DNA of 24,000 bases from Pedobacter kyonggii (GCF_004310665.1 NZ_SIXF01000004.1:153742-177741); one strand, 5' to 3'; counted from the first letter of the stretch, positions 1-10,145 are shown. The notes: a model not told the origin generated them from the letters alone. Numbers and translations are program-made.

Positions 1-641
1 GTTGTGAGTATGATAATTATGAACCACCAAAATCTGAATTAAACGGAAGAATTCTTTTTGAGGGAAAACCAGTTGGTATTCGACAGGGCATCAGCGTATT
101 GCAACTTACCCAGCCAGGATTTGAGACCGTAACACCAATAAATGTGAATGTAAAGCAGGATGGAACATTTTCGTCGATGTTATTCGATGGCGATTATAAA
201 TTGGTGCAGGTTGCTGGTAATGGTCCATGGGAAGCTGCTAGTACCACAATAGATGTATCTGTAAATGGCAGTACATCCATTGATGTACAGGTTAGGCCTT
301 ATTTCTCTATTAACAATGTCAGTTTTGTGGTGGAAAACAACGTGGTCAAATCTTCCTGTTTGTTGGTTAATAATGTAGCTGGTAGACAATTGGAGCGTAT
401 CTCGCTTATATTAGGAAAAACAACAATTGTTGATGATCCGACCAAACTGGTTCCCAATCCAACCGACCCTTTGAGTACCAAGGTTGGAACTGGCTTAAAT
501 TTATTGCAACCCATTTTGCTTAGCCAAAACCTGGCCGTTTCTCCGTTAACAACCACGCCATTTCTTTATGCCCGGATTGCTGTGAAAGTGGTAGGTGTGC
601 CTGAGTTACTTTATTCAAATGTATTTCCCGTAAAATCTTAG
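1..641 (+). CDS. DUF3823-like PUL-associated surface protein, 5'-truncated by the window edge (reading frame 3, stop at 639-641)
   Basis: The frame is open from base 3 and reads CEYDNYEPPKSELNGRILFEGKPVG..., resembling the post-lipobox N-terminus of DUF3823 proteins that follow SusC/SusD pairs. The 'M' at 99 in the ORF track is a TTG inside this frame. Family assignment is from memory, not from a search. Confidence 0.55.
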   Translation, partial: CEYDNYEPPKSELNGRILFEGKPVGIRQGISVLQLTQPGFETVTPINVNVKQDGTFSSMLFDGDYKLVQVAGNGPWEAASTTIDVSVNGSTSIDVQVRPYFSINNVSFVVENNVVKSSCLLVNNVAGRQLERISLILGKTTIVDDPTKLVPNPTDPLSTKVGTGLNLLQPILLSQNLAVSPLTTTPFLYARIAVKVVGVPELLYSNVFPVKS

Positions 642-658
642 TTAAAACACGATAGCCT

Positions 659-2038
659 ATGAAAAAGATCATTTTTAGCATCACCCTAGTTGTATTTTCC
701 CTACTTGCCTTAAAGTCGAAGGCGCAATCTACGCCGAAAGCCAGACCAAATGTGGTGATCATTATGGCCGATGATTTGGATAGCAGGCAGTTGAGCTGTT
801 ACGGTGGAAAAAATATTCAGACTAAAAACATAGACCAGCTTGCGGGCGAAGGTTTGAAATTCAACAAAATATATGCTTCTCATGCCACCTGTGTGCCTAC
901 CCGTGCATCACTTTTTACAGGCCTTTATCCCATGCGGCATGGTTCCTTTCAAAATCATAAGCCTGTTTACAAGAATATGAAAAGTATTGGCCATTATCTT
1001 GGCGATTTGGGCTATCAGGTAGCATTAACCGGAAAAGACCATAGCACACGGCCAAGAACAAGTTTTCCGTTTGAAATTTTAGCAGGTTTCCAACCAAGCT
1101 GTGTTTCAAGCAATGATGAATATACATTGGAGGATGTTGAAAAATACGTTTCTAATCCTCAAAAACCTTTTTGTCTTTTCATCATGAGTATCAATCCGCA
1201 TAAACCCTGGGATCAGGGTGATCCAACGGAATTTGAGGCAGATAAATTGATTTTGCCCCCAAGCATGGTGGATACTAAAGAAACCCGAAAAGCTTATTGC
1301 AGTTATTTGGCAGAGATCCGGCGCCTTGACAATCAGGTGGGTGATGTAATGGCCATGTTGAAGAAAACCGGTCAGGATAAAAACACCATTTTTATGTTTT
1401 TGGGCGAACAAGGACCTCAATTTGCCGGTGGAAAGTGGAATTGTTGGGACCTCGGCCAAAAAAGTTCGATGATTGTGAGGTGGCCTGAGCAAATTAAACC
1501 CAATAAGGTAACTGATGCCATTATACAATATGAGGATATTACACCAACACTAATTGATATCGCTGGCGGAAAGCCCATCGATTCGCTGGATGGTAAAAGT
1601 TTTCTCCCGGTATTAAAAGCAACCTCGAAAACCGCTCGGAAATACGCTTATGGCATTTACAATAATATCCCGGAAGGACCTGCTTACCCAATGAGAAGCA
1701 TTAGAAATGAACGTTATAAACTCGTATTAAACCTAAGCCCCGAAAAAACCTATGCTATAAAATGGTATAATGGGCCTGGAGATTTAGGCGTGTGGAAATC
1801 ATGGAACGATAAAGCCGAAGTAAATCAGGAAGCGAAAATTTTAGTAAATCGCATCAAAAACAGACCAGCAATTGAATTTTACGATACTGATAAAGATCCT
1901 TACGAACTTAATAATCTGGCTAAAAATCCGGCTTATAAAAAGCAAATTGATACCTTCAGCACGGCGTTAACAGCTTGGATGAAGCAACAACACGATGATG
2001 GCGCTTCTGTTGATCGGGTTTATGCAAAACAAAATTAA
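659..2038 (+). CDS. S1-family sulfatase (Cys-type, formylglycine-dependent), secreted
   Basis: Signal peptide MKKIIFSITLVVFSLLALKSKAQS. Metal-binding motif PNVVIIMADDL. Formylglycine motif CVPTRASLFTGLYPMRHG. Sulfatase-typical C-terminal NL-A-NP segment. Confidence 0.93.
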   Translation: MKKIIFSITLVVFSLLALKSKAQSTPKARPNVVIIMADDLDSRQLSCYGGKNIQTKNIDQLAGEGLKFNKIYASHATCVPTRASLFTGLYPMRHGSFQNHKPVYKNMKSIGHYLGDLGYQVALTGKDHSTRPRTSFPFEILAGFQPSCVSSNDEYTLEDVEKYVSNPQKPFCLFIMSINPHKPWDQGDPTEFEADKLILPPSMVDTKETRKAYCSYLAEIRRLDNQVGDVMAMLKKTGQDKNTIFMFLGEQGPQFAGGKWNCWDLGQKSSMIVRWPEQIKPNKVTDAIIQYEDITPTLIDIAGGKPIDSLDGKSFLPVLKATSKTARKYAYGIYNNIPEGPAYPMRSIRNERYKLVLNLSPEKTYAIKWYNGPGDLGVWKSWNDKAEVNQEAKILVNRIKNRPAIEFYDTDKDPYELNNLAKNPAYKKQIDTFSTALTAWMKQQHDDGASVDRVYAKQN

Positions 2039-2039
2039 T

Positions 2040-3476
2040 ATGAATAGCCTCCTTAAACTTTTAATAACGGGAGTATGCCCGGCCTTGGTTGTTTTAAGTA
2101 TGCTTGCATTCAGTATGGCAGATCAAAAGCCAAAACAAGGTGATCAAAAACCAAACATTATCTTAATAATGGCTGATGATCTTACGATGTACGATATAGC
2201 GCCTTTTGGAAGTAAACAGGTGTATACACCCAACCTTAAACGTTTGGCTAGCGAAGGGGTGTGCCTGGATAATATGTTCAATATGGTTCCGGTATGTTCG
2301 CCAACCAGGCAATCGTTACTAACTGGTTTAGGCCCTGTAAGAAATGGAGCTTACCCTAATCATACAATGATCTACGATGGAATTAAAACTTTACCTACTT
2401 ATCTTCAAGCGCTTGGCTATCGCACTGCAATTATTGGAAAAAAGCACTACGCACCAGAATCTGCCTATCCATTTGAATTTTTGGGAGGTAGAGATGGCGA
2501 TAATGGTCAGGGAAAAGATGTTGATCTTTTAAAGGCTGAAGATTACATCAAAAAATCGGCTAATAAGCCCTATTTTTTAATGTTTGCAAGTAACCAACCT
2601 CATGAGCCTTGGAACCGTGGCAATCAGCAGGCATACAACCCAGAAAAGATTAAGCTGAACCCAAACATGGTTGATACCAAATTAACCCGTAAACAAATGG
2701 CTAAATATTTTGCTGAAATTACCTACCTGGATAGTTTGGTTGGTGTTTGTTTAGATATTGTAGAGCGATCCGGAGATCAGGAAAACACCGTTATTATGTT
2801 TGCAACCGAGCAAGGTAATTCTTTTCCATTTTCAAAATGGACGCTTTACGATCAAGGCCTTCGTTCGGGGTTTATTGTGCGCTGGCCAGGGAAGATTAAA
2901 CCTGGAACACGCAACCCAGCCATGTTACAATATGCCGATATTACCCCAACAATGATCGATTTAGCTGGTGGCGACCCTGCAAAAATAAATACAGGCGTTA
3001 AAGATGGAAACGGTAATAGTGGTTTTGATGGCGCTAGTTTTGAGAAGGTTCTGCTTGGCGAAACCGATCATCAGAGAGATTATGTTTTTGGTGAGCATAC
3101 CACCCGCGGAATTATTCAAGGCAGCAATGCTTATGGCATGAGATCAGTAAGAAGCATCAATTTCCTTTATATCGAGAACTTGAACTATGAAGGAGTTTTC
3201 AAAAATACAGTTATCAATTCTGCATTGTTCAAATCTTGGATGGAGAAAAATCCAACCCGGGCAACTGCCTACCAAAAGAGACCAAAAGAAGAGCTATATG
3301 ATGTAATAAAAGATCCATTTAATCTGCACAACCTGGCAGCAGATCCAAAGTTTAAAACAATAAAAAGTGAGCTTTCATCTAAATTGGCTGCTTTTATGAA
3401 ACAACAAAACGATAAAGGCCTGGCCACAGAAATGGACGCACTGAACCGTCAGCCGAAACATCAACCAAAAGATTAA
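2040..3476 (+). CDS. S1-family sulfatase (Cys-type), secreted
   Basis: PNIILIMADDL and CSPTRQSLLTGLGPVRNG motifs. I chose the ATG at 2040 (MNSLLKLLITGV..., signal-peptide-like), 1 nt after the upstream stop, rather than the 1995 ATG, which lies inside the previous gene. Confidence 0.9.
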   Translation: MNSLLKLLITGVCPALVVLSMLAFSMADQKPKQGDQKPNIILIMADDLTMYDIAPFGSKQVYTPNLKRLASEGVCLDNMFNMVPVCSPTRQSLLTGLGPVRNGAYPNHTMIYDGIKTLPTYLQALGYRTAIIGKKHYAPESAYPFEFLGGRDGDNGQGKDVDLLKAEDYIKKSANKPYFLMFASNQPHEPWNRGNQQAYNPEKIKLNPNMVDTKLTRKQMAKYFAEITYLDSLVGVCLDIVERSGDQENTVIMFATEQGNSFPFSKWTLYDQGLRSGFIVRWPGKIKPGTRNPAMLQYADITPTMIDLAGGDPAKINTGVKDGNGNSGFDGASFEKVLLGETDHQRDYVFGEHTTRGIIQGSNAYGMRSVRSINFLYIENLNYEGVFKNTVINSALFKSWMEKNPTRATAYQKRPKEELYDVIKDPFNLHNLAADPKFKTIKSELSSKLAAFMKQQNDKGLATEMDALNRQPKHQPKD

Positions 3477-3477
3477 T

Positions 3478-4839
3478 ATGAAATATTTAAAGTTATTATC
3501 TGCCTTTTGCTTCCTAGTATTTAGCTATACAGCTTTTGCTCAAAATAAAAAACCAAATATCATTATCATTCTTGTTGATGATATGGGTTTTAGCGATGTA
3601 AGCACCTTTGGCGGAAACTTTGTGCTTACACCCAACATAGATCGTTTGGCTAAAAGTGGTTTAATGCTTAACCAATATTACAGTGGTGCACCAATTTGTT
3701 CGCCATCCAGAACTAGCCTGCTCACGGGTATGTACCCCGGAAGGTGGAATTTTAGCACTTATCTCGATAATAAAAAGCACAATAAAAATGCACAACAAGC
3801 AGATTACTTAAATCCTGAAGCACCATCTATAGCCCGGATTTTCCAATCTGCAGGGTATGCAACTGGTCATTTTGGCAAATGGCACATGGGTGGAGGAAGA
3901 GATGTGAAAGATGCACCGATTTTTGAAAAATATGGTTACGATGCCCATGCAAGTACATACGAAAGTCCTGAGCCAGACCCATTGTTGACTGCTACAAACT
4001 GGATCTGGTCTGATAAAGACAGTATAAAGCGTTGGGATAGAACAAAATATTTTGTTGATAAAACACTCCAGTTCTTTAAAGAAAATAAAGATAAGCCCCG
4101 TTTTGTAAATCTTTGGCCAGATGATGTTCATACGCCATGGGTACCCAATGTTGGAGATGAATATACAGGCCAATTTCCATTGGGTCATGAGTCTGAACAG
4201 GCTTTTAAATTGGTATTGAAAGCGCTTGATAAACAAGTTGGTAAATTGATGGATGGTTTGCGAAAAATGGGTGAAGACAAAAATACCATCATCATCTTCA
4301 CCAGCGATAATGGGCCGTTACCGAGTTTTAAAGGAAGCCGAACCGGCGGTTTAAGGGGTACTAAACTTTCTTTATATGAGGGTGGAACCAGAATGCCATT
4401 TTTAATAAGTTGGCCAGGGCATATTCCCCAGGGAAAAATAGATGCAGGCTCGGAGGTAAATGCGATAGATCTTTTGCCATCATTGGCCAATATGGCCGGG
4501 GTAAAGTTACCTGCAAACTATCAGGGCGATGGATTAGACCGAAGTAAGGTTTTCGCTGGAAAATCATCATTGAGGAAAAAAAATATGTTTTGGGAGTATG
4601 GCCGAAATGATATTGCTTTTAAATATCCTGCCAAACCCAATAGAAGTCCAAATCTGGCAGTGCGCGCTGGAGAATGGAAACTGCTGATGAATAGTGATGG
4701 CTCGGATGTGCAACTTTATAACATTGTGAAAGATAAAAATGAAACTACTGAGCTAAGCGCCAAACAAGCTAAAATAACCAATCAATTAAAAACTGAACTG
4801 AGTGCCTGGTGGAAGTCGCTGCCTAAACTCAAAAACTAA
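3478..4839 (+). CDS. S1-family sulfatase (Cys-type), secreted
   Basis: Signal peptide ...SYTAFAQ. PNIIIILVDDMGFSD and CSPSRTSLLTGMYPGRW motifs. Starts 1 nt after the upstream stop. Confidence 0.93.
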   Translation: MKYLKLLSAFCFLVFSYTAFAQNKKPNIIIILVDDMGFSDVSTFGGNFVLTPNIDRLAKSGLMLNQYYSGAPICSPSRTSLLTGMYPGRWNFSTYLDNKKHNKNAQQADYLNPEAPSIARIFQSAGYATGHFGKWHMGGGRDVKDAPIFEKYGYDAHASTYESPEPDPLLTATNWIWSDKDSIKRWDRTKYFVDKTLQFFKENKDKPRFVNLWPDDVHTPWVPNVGDEYTGQFPLGHESEQAFKLVLKALDKQVGKLMDGLRKMGEDKNTIIIFTSDNGPLPSFKGSRTGGLRGTKLSLYEGGTRMPFLISWPGHIPQGKIDAGSEVNAIDLLPSLANMAGVKLPANYQGDGLDRSKVFAGKSSLRKKNMFWEYGRNDIAFKYPAKPNRSPNLAVRAGEWKLLMNSDGSDVQLYNIVKDKNETTELSAKQAKITNQLKTELSAWWKSLPKLKN

Positions 4840-4848
4840 TCAAAAGAT

Positions 4849-6045
4849 ATGAAACATTTTATAGTAGGCTTTTTTGCCTTGTTTATTTGCGCACTGAAAT
4901 TGAATGCGCAGGAAGTTGACTACACAAAGCCCGTAAACGGACAATGGTCTAAAGAAAAAGCGAACCAATGGTATGCCAGGCAGCCTTGGCTGGTTGGAGC
5001 CAATTATTTACCCGCTACAGCAATTAACCAAATAGAGATGTGGCAGGCTTCTACCTGGGATCCGAAAACAATTGATAAAGAATTTGGATGGGCGAAGGAA
5101 ACAGGTATGAACACCATGCGGGTATTTTTGCATGATATGGTTTGGGCATCAGATAAGGCTGGTCTTTATAAGCGAATGGATGAGTTTTTAAACATAGCCG
5201 CTAAACATCGGATCACCCCATTTTTTGTGTTTTTTGATGATTGTCACTTCCCTAATCCAACACTTGGCGAGCAGCCTTTGCCCGTAACGGGTTACCACAA
5301 TTCGGGCTGGGTAAATTCTCCTGCCAGGGATTTAGCGCTAAGGTTTTCTGAAGATAGAGCTACACCAAAAGAGATTGCCAACTTAAAGGGTTATGTGCAG
5401 GAAACCATTAAACATTTTAAAAATGATAAAAGAGTTTTGATGTGGGAACTTTATAACGAACCAGGGAGAGGGAATAATCTCGATGGTGCAGATAAAGCAT
5501 CAAGTATCGGCGATAAATCGAATAAATTGCTATATCAATCTTGGCTTTGGGCACGTGAAATTAATCCATCGCAACCGATTACCGGAACTGCAAAAGGAAG
5601 TTTAGGCGAAATGAATGTCAAAATCAATAGAATAAATGCCGATGTACTCTCTGTGCATAGTTACGAAAAACCAGAAGTGCTAGAGCGTGTAATCAAAAAT
5701 TATCAAGCCGATGGACGCCCGATTATTATGACCGAATGGCTTGCCAGAACACAAGAAAGTAGCGTAGCGGGCTGTTTACCAATATTAAAAAAATATAATG
5801 TGGGTGCAGTAAACTGGGGTTTTGTTTCTGGTAAAAGCGGTACGGTTTGGCCATGGTTTAGCAGAAGAGAAAACGGAAAGAATATCAGTGTCAACCAGAG
5901 GCGTGATGAAGGTAAAGTGGTTAAACCAGGTGAACCTTTTCCAGAACCAAAACTTTGGTTCCATGATTTGTATCGCACAGATGGAACCCCTTTCGATCAG
6001 AAAGAGATCGATATTTTTAAAGAATTAACACAGAGAACAAGATAG
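4849..6045 (+). CDS. Clan GH-A (TIM-barrel, GH5-like) glycoside hydrolase, secreted; family and specificity not resolvable by eye
   Basis: Signal peptide MKHFIVGFFALFICALKLNAQ. The acid/base-type motif WELYNEPG and a later IIMTEW (candidate nucleophile Glu) have the spacing typical of clan GH-A. The N-terminal block GANYLPATAINQIEMW...MNTMRVFLH is mannanase/cellulase-like. Confidence 0.7.
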   Translation: MKHFIVGFFALFICALKLNAQEVDYTKPVNGQWSKEKANQWYARQPWLVGANYLPATAINQIEMWQASTWDPKTIDKEFGWAKETGMNTMRVFLHDMVWASDKAGLYKRMDEFLNIAAKHRITPFFVFFDDCHFPNPTLGEQPLPVTGYHNSGWVNSPARDLALRFSEDRATPKEIANLKGYVQETIKHFKNDKRVLMWELYNEPGRGNNLDGADKASSIGDKSNKLLYQSWLWAREINPSQPITGTAKGSLGEMNVKINRINADVLSVHSYEKPEVLERVIKNYQADGRPIIMTEWLARTQESSVAGCLPILKKYNVGAVNWGFVSGKSGTVWPWFSRRENGKNISVNQRRDEGKVVKPGEPFPEPKLWFHDLYRTDGTPFDQKEIDIFKELTQRTR

Positions 6046-6074
6046 AAAGTATTTTGCCATATATTATTTGAAAG

Positions 6075-7772
6075 ATGAAAATAAGCGTTAATAAAAATTT
6101 GCTAATTGTTTCTGGGCTTTTGGCTAGCTTTGTGATAGCATCACCAAAAGATGTATCTGCTCAAAAAAAAGCACACAAAAAACCAAACTTTGTACTGGTG
6201 ATGGCTGATGATCTTGGTTACTCTGATTTGGGATGCTATGGTGGAGAAATCAATACCCCAAACTTAGATCGCATTGCTAAACAGGGCATGCAGTTTACCG
6301 AATTTTATAATGTGAGTAGATGTTGCCCTACCAGAGCTTCCTTATTAAGTGGTTTATATAACCATGATGCGGGTATAGGCGATATGACTACACCTCAGAA
6401 TGATACTGGGTATAGAGGATATCTGGGAAAAAACACCGTAACAATAGCCGAAGTACTTAAACAATCTGGTTACCGTACTGCAATGGCTGGCAAGTGGCAT
6501 ATATCTAATACCATAACCCAGCAAAATAAGGACGATCAAATGAAGTGGTTGAACCACCAGGCAGAGCACCCGTTGTTTTCGCCTGCAGATCAATATCCAA
6601 CCAGTCGCGGGTTTGAAAAATTCTATGGAACCATTTGGGGCGTGATAGATTTTTATGACCCTTTTAGCTTGGTAGAAGGCAATAAACCGGTTACAAGTGT
6701 ACCAAAAAATTATTACCACACTGATGCAATCAACGATAAGGCTGCGGGATACATCAGGGAGTTTAGTAAAGGAGATCAGCCTTTTTTCTTATATATCGCC
6801 CATAATGCGCCGCATTGGCCAATACAAGCGCCTGAAGAAGATATTGAAAGATATAAAGATACCTATAAAGTGGGTTGGGAGGTGATCAGGGAAAACAGAT
6901 ACAAAAAAATGGTCAGTTTAGGTTTAATTGATCCCAATAAAGTTAAACTTTCGCCTCGTCATCCCGCTCAGCTAAGTTGGGCAGATAATCCAAATAAAGA
7001 GTGGGATGCAAGAGCAATGGCGGTTCATGCAGCCATGATCGATCGTATGGACAGGGGGTTGGGAAGGGTGATAAAAGCCTTGGAAGAAACTGGGGAAATG
7101 AATAATACCGTATTCGTTTTTTTGAGCGATAATGGTGCCAGTGCAGAACTTTCTGATAAATATGGACCAGGCTTTGATAGGCCAGGCCAAACCCGTGATG
7201 GACGGGAGATTTCTTATGCAACAGATAAAACGGTAATGCCTGGAGCACAAACCACATTTTTTTCTATCGGTCCGGCTTGGGCAAATGTGGCCAATACACC
7301 ATTCAGATTATGGAAATCACAATCCTTGGAGGGCGGTATTCATACACCAATGATCGTATCCTGGCCAGCTGGCATTAAAAACAAAGGTAGTAAAACAGGT
7401 CATGTTGGCCACGTAATGGATTTTATGGCAACATTTATAGATATGGCTGGTGTAAGCTATCCAAAAGAATTTAATGGCAACGCCATAACACCTTTGGAGG
7501 GTGTAAGCCTGGCTGGGGTATTTTCTGGTCAGAAAGCGGCATCACATCAGGCACTGTTTAATGAGCACGAAGGCAGCAAATATGTCCGCTTGGCAGATTG
7601 GAAACTTGTTGTAGCTGGACCTAGCAAAAAATGGCAGCTTTATAACCTGGCTACTGATAAAAGTGAGTTGAATGATCTGGCAGCGCAATATCCTGATAAG
7701 GTGAAAACTTTGAGTGCCATGTGGGACGATTGGGCAAGCAAACACCATGTGCTTCCAAAACCTTCAAAATAA
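6075..7772 (+). CDS. Arylsulfatase-type S1 sulfatase (long form, 565 aa), secreted
   Basis: PNFVLVMADDLGYSDLGCYGG and CCPTRASLLSGLY motifs. Also GKWH, LSDNG, and a C-terminal LYNLATDKSELNDLA segment. Confidence 0.93.
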   Translation: MKISVNKNLLIVSGLLASFVIASPKDVSAQKKAHKKPNFVLVMADDLGYSDLGCYGGEINTPNLDRIAKQGMQFTEFYNVSRCCPTRASLLSGLYNHDAGIGDMTTPQNDTGYRGYLGKNTVTIAEVLKQSGYRTAMAGKWHISNTITQQNKDDQMKWLNHQAEHPLFSPADQYPTSRGFEKFYGTIWGVIDFYDPFSLVEGNKPVTSVPKNYYHTDAINDKAAGYIREFSKGDQPFFLYIAHNAPHWPIQAPEEDIERYKDTYKVGWEVIRENRYKKMVSLGLIDPNKVKLSPRHPAQLSWADNPNKEWDARAMAVHAAMIDRMDRGLGRVIKALEETGEMNNTVFVFLSDNGASAELSDKYGPGFDRPGQTRDGREISYATDKTVMPGAQTTFFSIGPAWANVANTPFRLWKSQSLEGGIHTPMIVSWPAGIKNKGSKTGHVGHVMDFMATFIDMAGVSYPKEFNGNAITPLEGVSLAGVFSGQKAASHQALFNEHEGSKYVRLADWKLVVAGPSKKWQLYNLATDKSELNDLAAQYPDKVKTLSAMWDDWASKHHVLPKPSK

Positions 7773-7894
7773 TAAATAGGATTTAGCGATCTAAAACCCC
7801 ACCTGTTTGTATCTAAACTAAAAAATGCAAGCAGATGACTTTATTTGATGGTTTCCTACTGCAGTAACCCATTTAATTCTATAACAGCTTTAAA

Positions 7895-9316
7895 ATGAAA
7901 AAGTATTTAGCAGGTACACTTATTATTTTGTCAGTACTGGGCTTTTCCTTGAGAGAGTCTACGGCACAATCAAATAAAAAGCCAAATATCATCATTATTC
8001 TCGTTGATGATTTGGGTTGGGGAGATGTAGGCTATCATGGTGGAAACATCCCTACGCCAAATATTGATCGACTGGCAAAACAAGGGGTAGAACTAAATAG
8101 ATTTTATACAGCAGCTGTTTGTTCGCCAACAAGGGCTGGCTTGCTTACTGGCAGATATCCGGATCGTTTCGGATTAAGGAAAACGGTTATTCCTCCCTGG
8201 TCTGATTTTGGGGTGAGCACCGATGAGGTTTTTCTGCCAGAAATGCTTAAAGCAGCAGGTTATAAAAACAGGGCCATACTCGGAAAATGGCATCTTGGTC
8301 ATGTTTCCTTAAAATATCATCCACTAAACAGGGGCTTTACCCATTTTTATGGCCATTTAAATGGTGCTATTGATTATTTTACGCATAAGCGGGAGGGCGA
8401 ACTGGATTGGCACAATGATTTTAATTCCAGTTATGATGTCGGATATTCTACTGATCTCATTGCTGATGAGGCTATTAAAAACATCAGATCATATCACAAA
8501 GAATCTCCTTTCTTCCTTTATATTGCTTTTAATGCACCCCACGGTCCACTGCAGGCCAAAGAGGATGATTTAAAGCGTTTCGGTTACGATGCTACCAAAC
8601 CAAGTTTCCCGAATGGCGGTAAAGAAGGCGATGAGGGAAGGGGTAATACCAAGCAACAAACCTATGCGGCTATGGTCAGTAATTTAGATGCTAATATTGG
8701 GAGAATATTAAAAACCTTGAACGACCTCAAAATTGATCAGAATACCATCGTACTATTCCAAAGTGATAACGGTTATGCACCAAATGAGGCTGGTTCAAGC
8801 GGTATTTTACGCGGATCTAAGTTTACCCAATGGGAAGGTGGTGTTAGAGCTCCAGCGATTATAAGATGGCCACAAGTTTTTAAGGGTGGCTGGAAAAGCG
8901 AGCAAGTTACAGGTTTTGTCGATGTTTTTCCTACGATTTTGGCTGCTGCCGATGTTATGGAAAAACCCAAAAATCCGCTCGACGGGATCAATGTTCTTCC
9001 AGTGTTAAAACAAAAGCAATCTTTTATCAATCGTAATCTCTTTTTGGGAGATGGCGTTTTGGTAAATAGGAATTGGAAAATATTGGAAAAACTGGATCAA
9101 AATTCTGGCATGAAACTAAAATCTGATGTACTTTTTCAAATCGACAGGGATGTTAGTGAAAAGAACGATGTAAAAGACCAATACACCAGTACTTACCAAT
9201 TATTAAAAAAAGATTTAGCACCATTTAATGCGATTAAGGCCACAGCAGAAGTTGCTAACTTCGATGTGGGTAAAAAAGGATTTGTCGCCCCTAAAGAATG
9301 GAAAGTTGAAAAATGA
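7895..9316 (+). CDS. S1-family sulfatase (arylsulfatase B / GalNAc-4-sulfatase-like), secreted
   Basis: PNIIIILVDDLGWGDVGYHGG, CSPTRAGLLTGRYPDRFG, GKWHLG and QSDNG motifs. It is set apart from the preceding genes by a 122-nt gap. Confidence 0.9.
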   Translation: MKKYLAGTLIILSVLGFSLRESTAQSNKKPNIIIILVDDLGWGDVGYHGGNIPTPNIDRLAKQGVELNRFYTAAVCSPTRAGLLTGRYPDRFGLRKTVIPPWSDFGVSTDEVFLPEMLKAAGYKNRAILGKWHLGHVSLKYHPLNRGFTHFYGHLNGAIDYFTHKREGELDWHNDFNSSYDVGYSTDLIADEAIKNIRSYHKESPFFLYIAFNAPHGPLQAKEDDLKRFGYDATKPSFPNGGKEGDEGRGNTKQQTYAAMVSNLDANIGRILKTLNDLKIDQNTIVLFQSDNGYAPNEAGSSGILRGSKFTQWEGGVRAPAIIRWPQVFKGGWKSEQVTGFVDVFPTILAAADVMEKPKNPLDGINVLPVLKQKQSFINRNLFLGDGVLVNRNWKILEKLDQNSGMKLKSDVLFQIDRDVSEKNDVKDQYTSTYQLLKKDLAPFNAIKATAEVANFDVGKKGFVAPKEWKVEK

Positions 9317-9490
9317 AATCAGTGAAAGGTTGGAATTGATATAAAATAGGCCATGAAATAACCACTCACCCTGCTGATAACATCATACATGATAGTGCGC
9401 TTTGATGTTGTTTTAATACAAAGCCAAATGCAATTTCAGCTGTTAATAGTTTAGTGAACCTTTTGAAAAACCTGTTAACGGGATTGACTG

Positions 9491-9790
9491 ATGAATGTAA
9501 GTGATTTTATACTACAGCGCCTGGGCAATTGAGAAAATATTCAGCTATACTGGGGATGGTATCAATGGACTGCTGGGTACGATGAACAGAAACCAGTCCA
9601 TTCGTTTTATACAGCCCCGTCATGAGGAGATGGCCGCTTTTATGGCCTGCGGACATGCCAGGTTCACTGGTGAAGTGGGCGTATACATGGCAACCTCGGG
9701 GGCTGGGGCCATACATCCGCACAACGGCTGTATGATGCGAGGCTAGACCATCAGCCTGTTATGGAGATCATCGGATAGCAAAAAGGCACT
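9491..9790 (+). pseudogene. Relic of a thiamine-diphosphate enzyme (pyruvate oxidase/PoxB-like N-terminal pyrimidine-binding domain), with frameshifts and in-frame stops
   Basis: The ATG at 9491 gives MNVSDFILQRLGN then a stop. The next frame continues IEKIFSYTGDGINGLLGTMNR..IRFIQPRHEEMAAFMACGHARFTGEVGVYMATSGAGAIH then a stop. A third frame gives YDARLDHQPVMEIIG then a stop. Together these match the conserved POX/ALS N-terminal block (..HEE.A...A.G.A..TG....C..TSGPG..H..NGL.DA..D..PVL.I.GQ). Confidence 0.7.
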
Positions 9791-10145
9791 TCTTTTGAAA
9801 GAACTGATTACGATCTTCAAATACTGGAAACAGTGGTCGACACCAGGTTTGCTGATTATCGTACTATCACGGCACATTTGCAGCATAGGCAAAATGTTAT
9901 TTTACCGGCAGCGATCGAAGCATTAACCTGGATCGCTGCAACTTTAAGGTTCCCCGAAATCTTACAGCGGGTTTATAGCGATTGTAAGCTGACCGGTTAA
10001 CAAAATCTAACCAGGATACGTCGAATGTCAGGAAGCCTCCTGTTAGTAGATTAAAAATCGTTCCCAAAGGGCTGATCAGTATTGATTTGACGGCCCGGGC
10101 ATATCATATCTGAGACACAAGGTTTACAGGCTTTTTGCTTTTTTT

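Noticed and set aside
1995-2039. Upstream ATG at 1995 as the start of the second sulfatase
   Set aside because: It would overlap the previous gene by 44 nt and add a non-signal-like extension. The ATG at 2040 gives a normal signal peptide and sits 1 nt after the upstream stop, matching the 3476/3478 junction.
4544-4549. GTAAGG hexamers inside coding regions (also near 12932 and 1869 on the - strand, and 21252 and 23093 on the + strand)
   Set aside because: None has CGAC(T/A)AA at the 15-nt spacing. All are intragenic, so these are chance hexamer hits.
180-9030. Many 60-140-aa ORFs from the track nested in or antisense to the DUF3823, sulfatase and GH genes (e.g. 180-389, 299-556, 520-762, 915-1127, 1106-1528, 3808-4236, 4185-4490, 4361-4570, 5703-5978, 5822-6028, 6354-6719, 6697-6885, 6943-7257, 6972-7250, 7542-7748, 8361-8573, 8773-9030)
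   Set aside because: All lie inside strongly supported genes with clear family motifs. Their translations are low-complexity or Cys/His/Trp-rich shadow-frame products with no recognisable domains.
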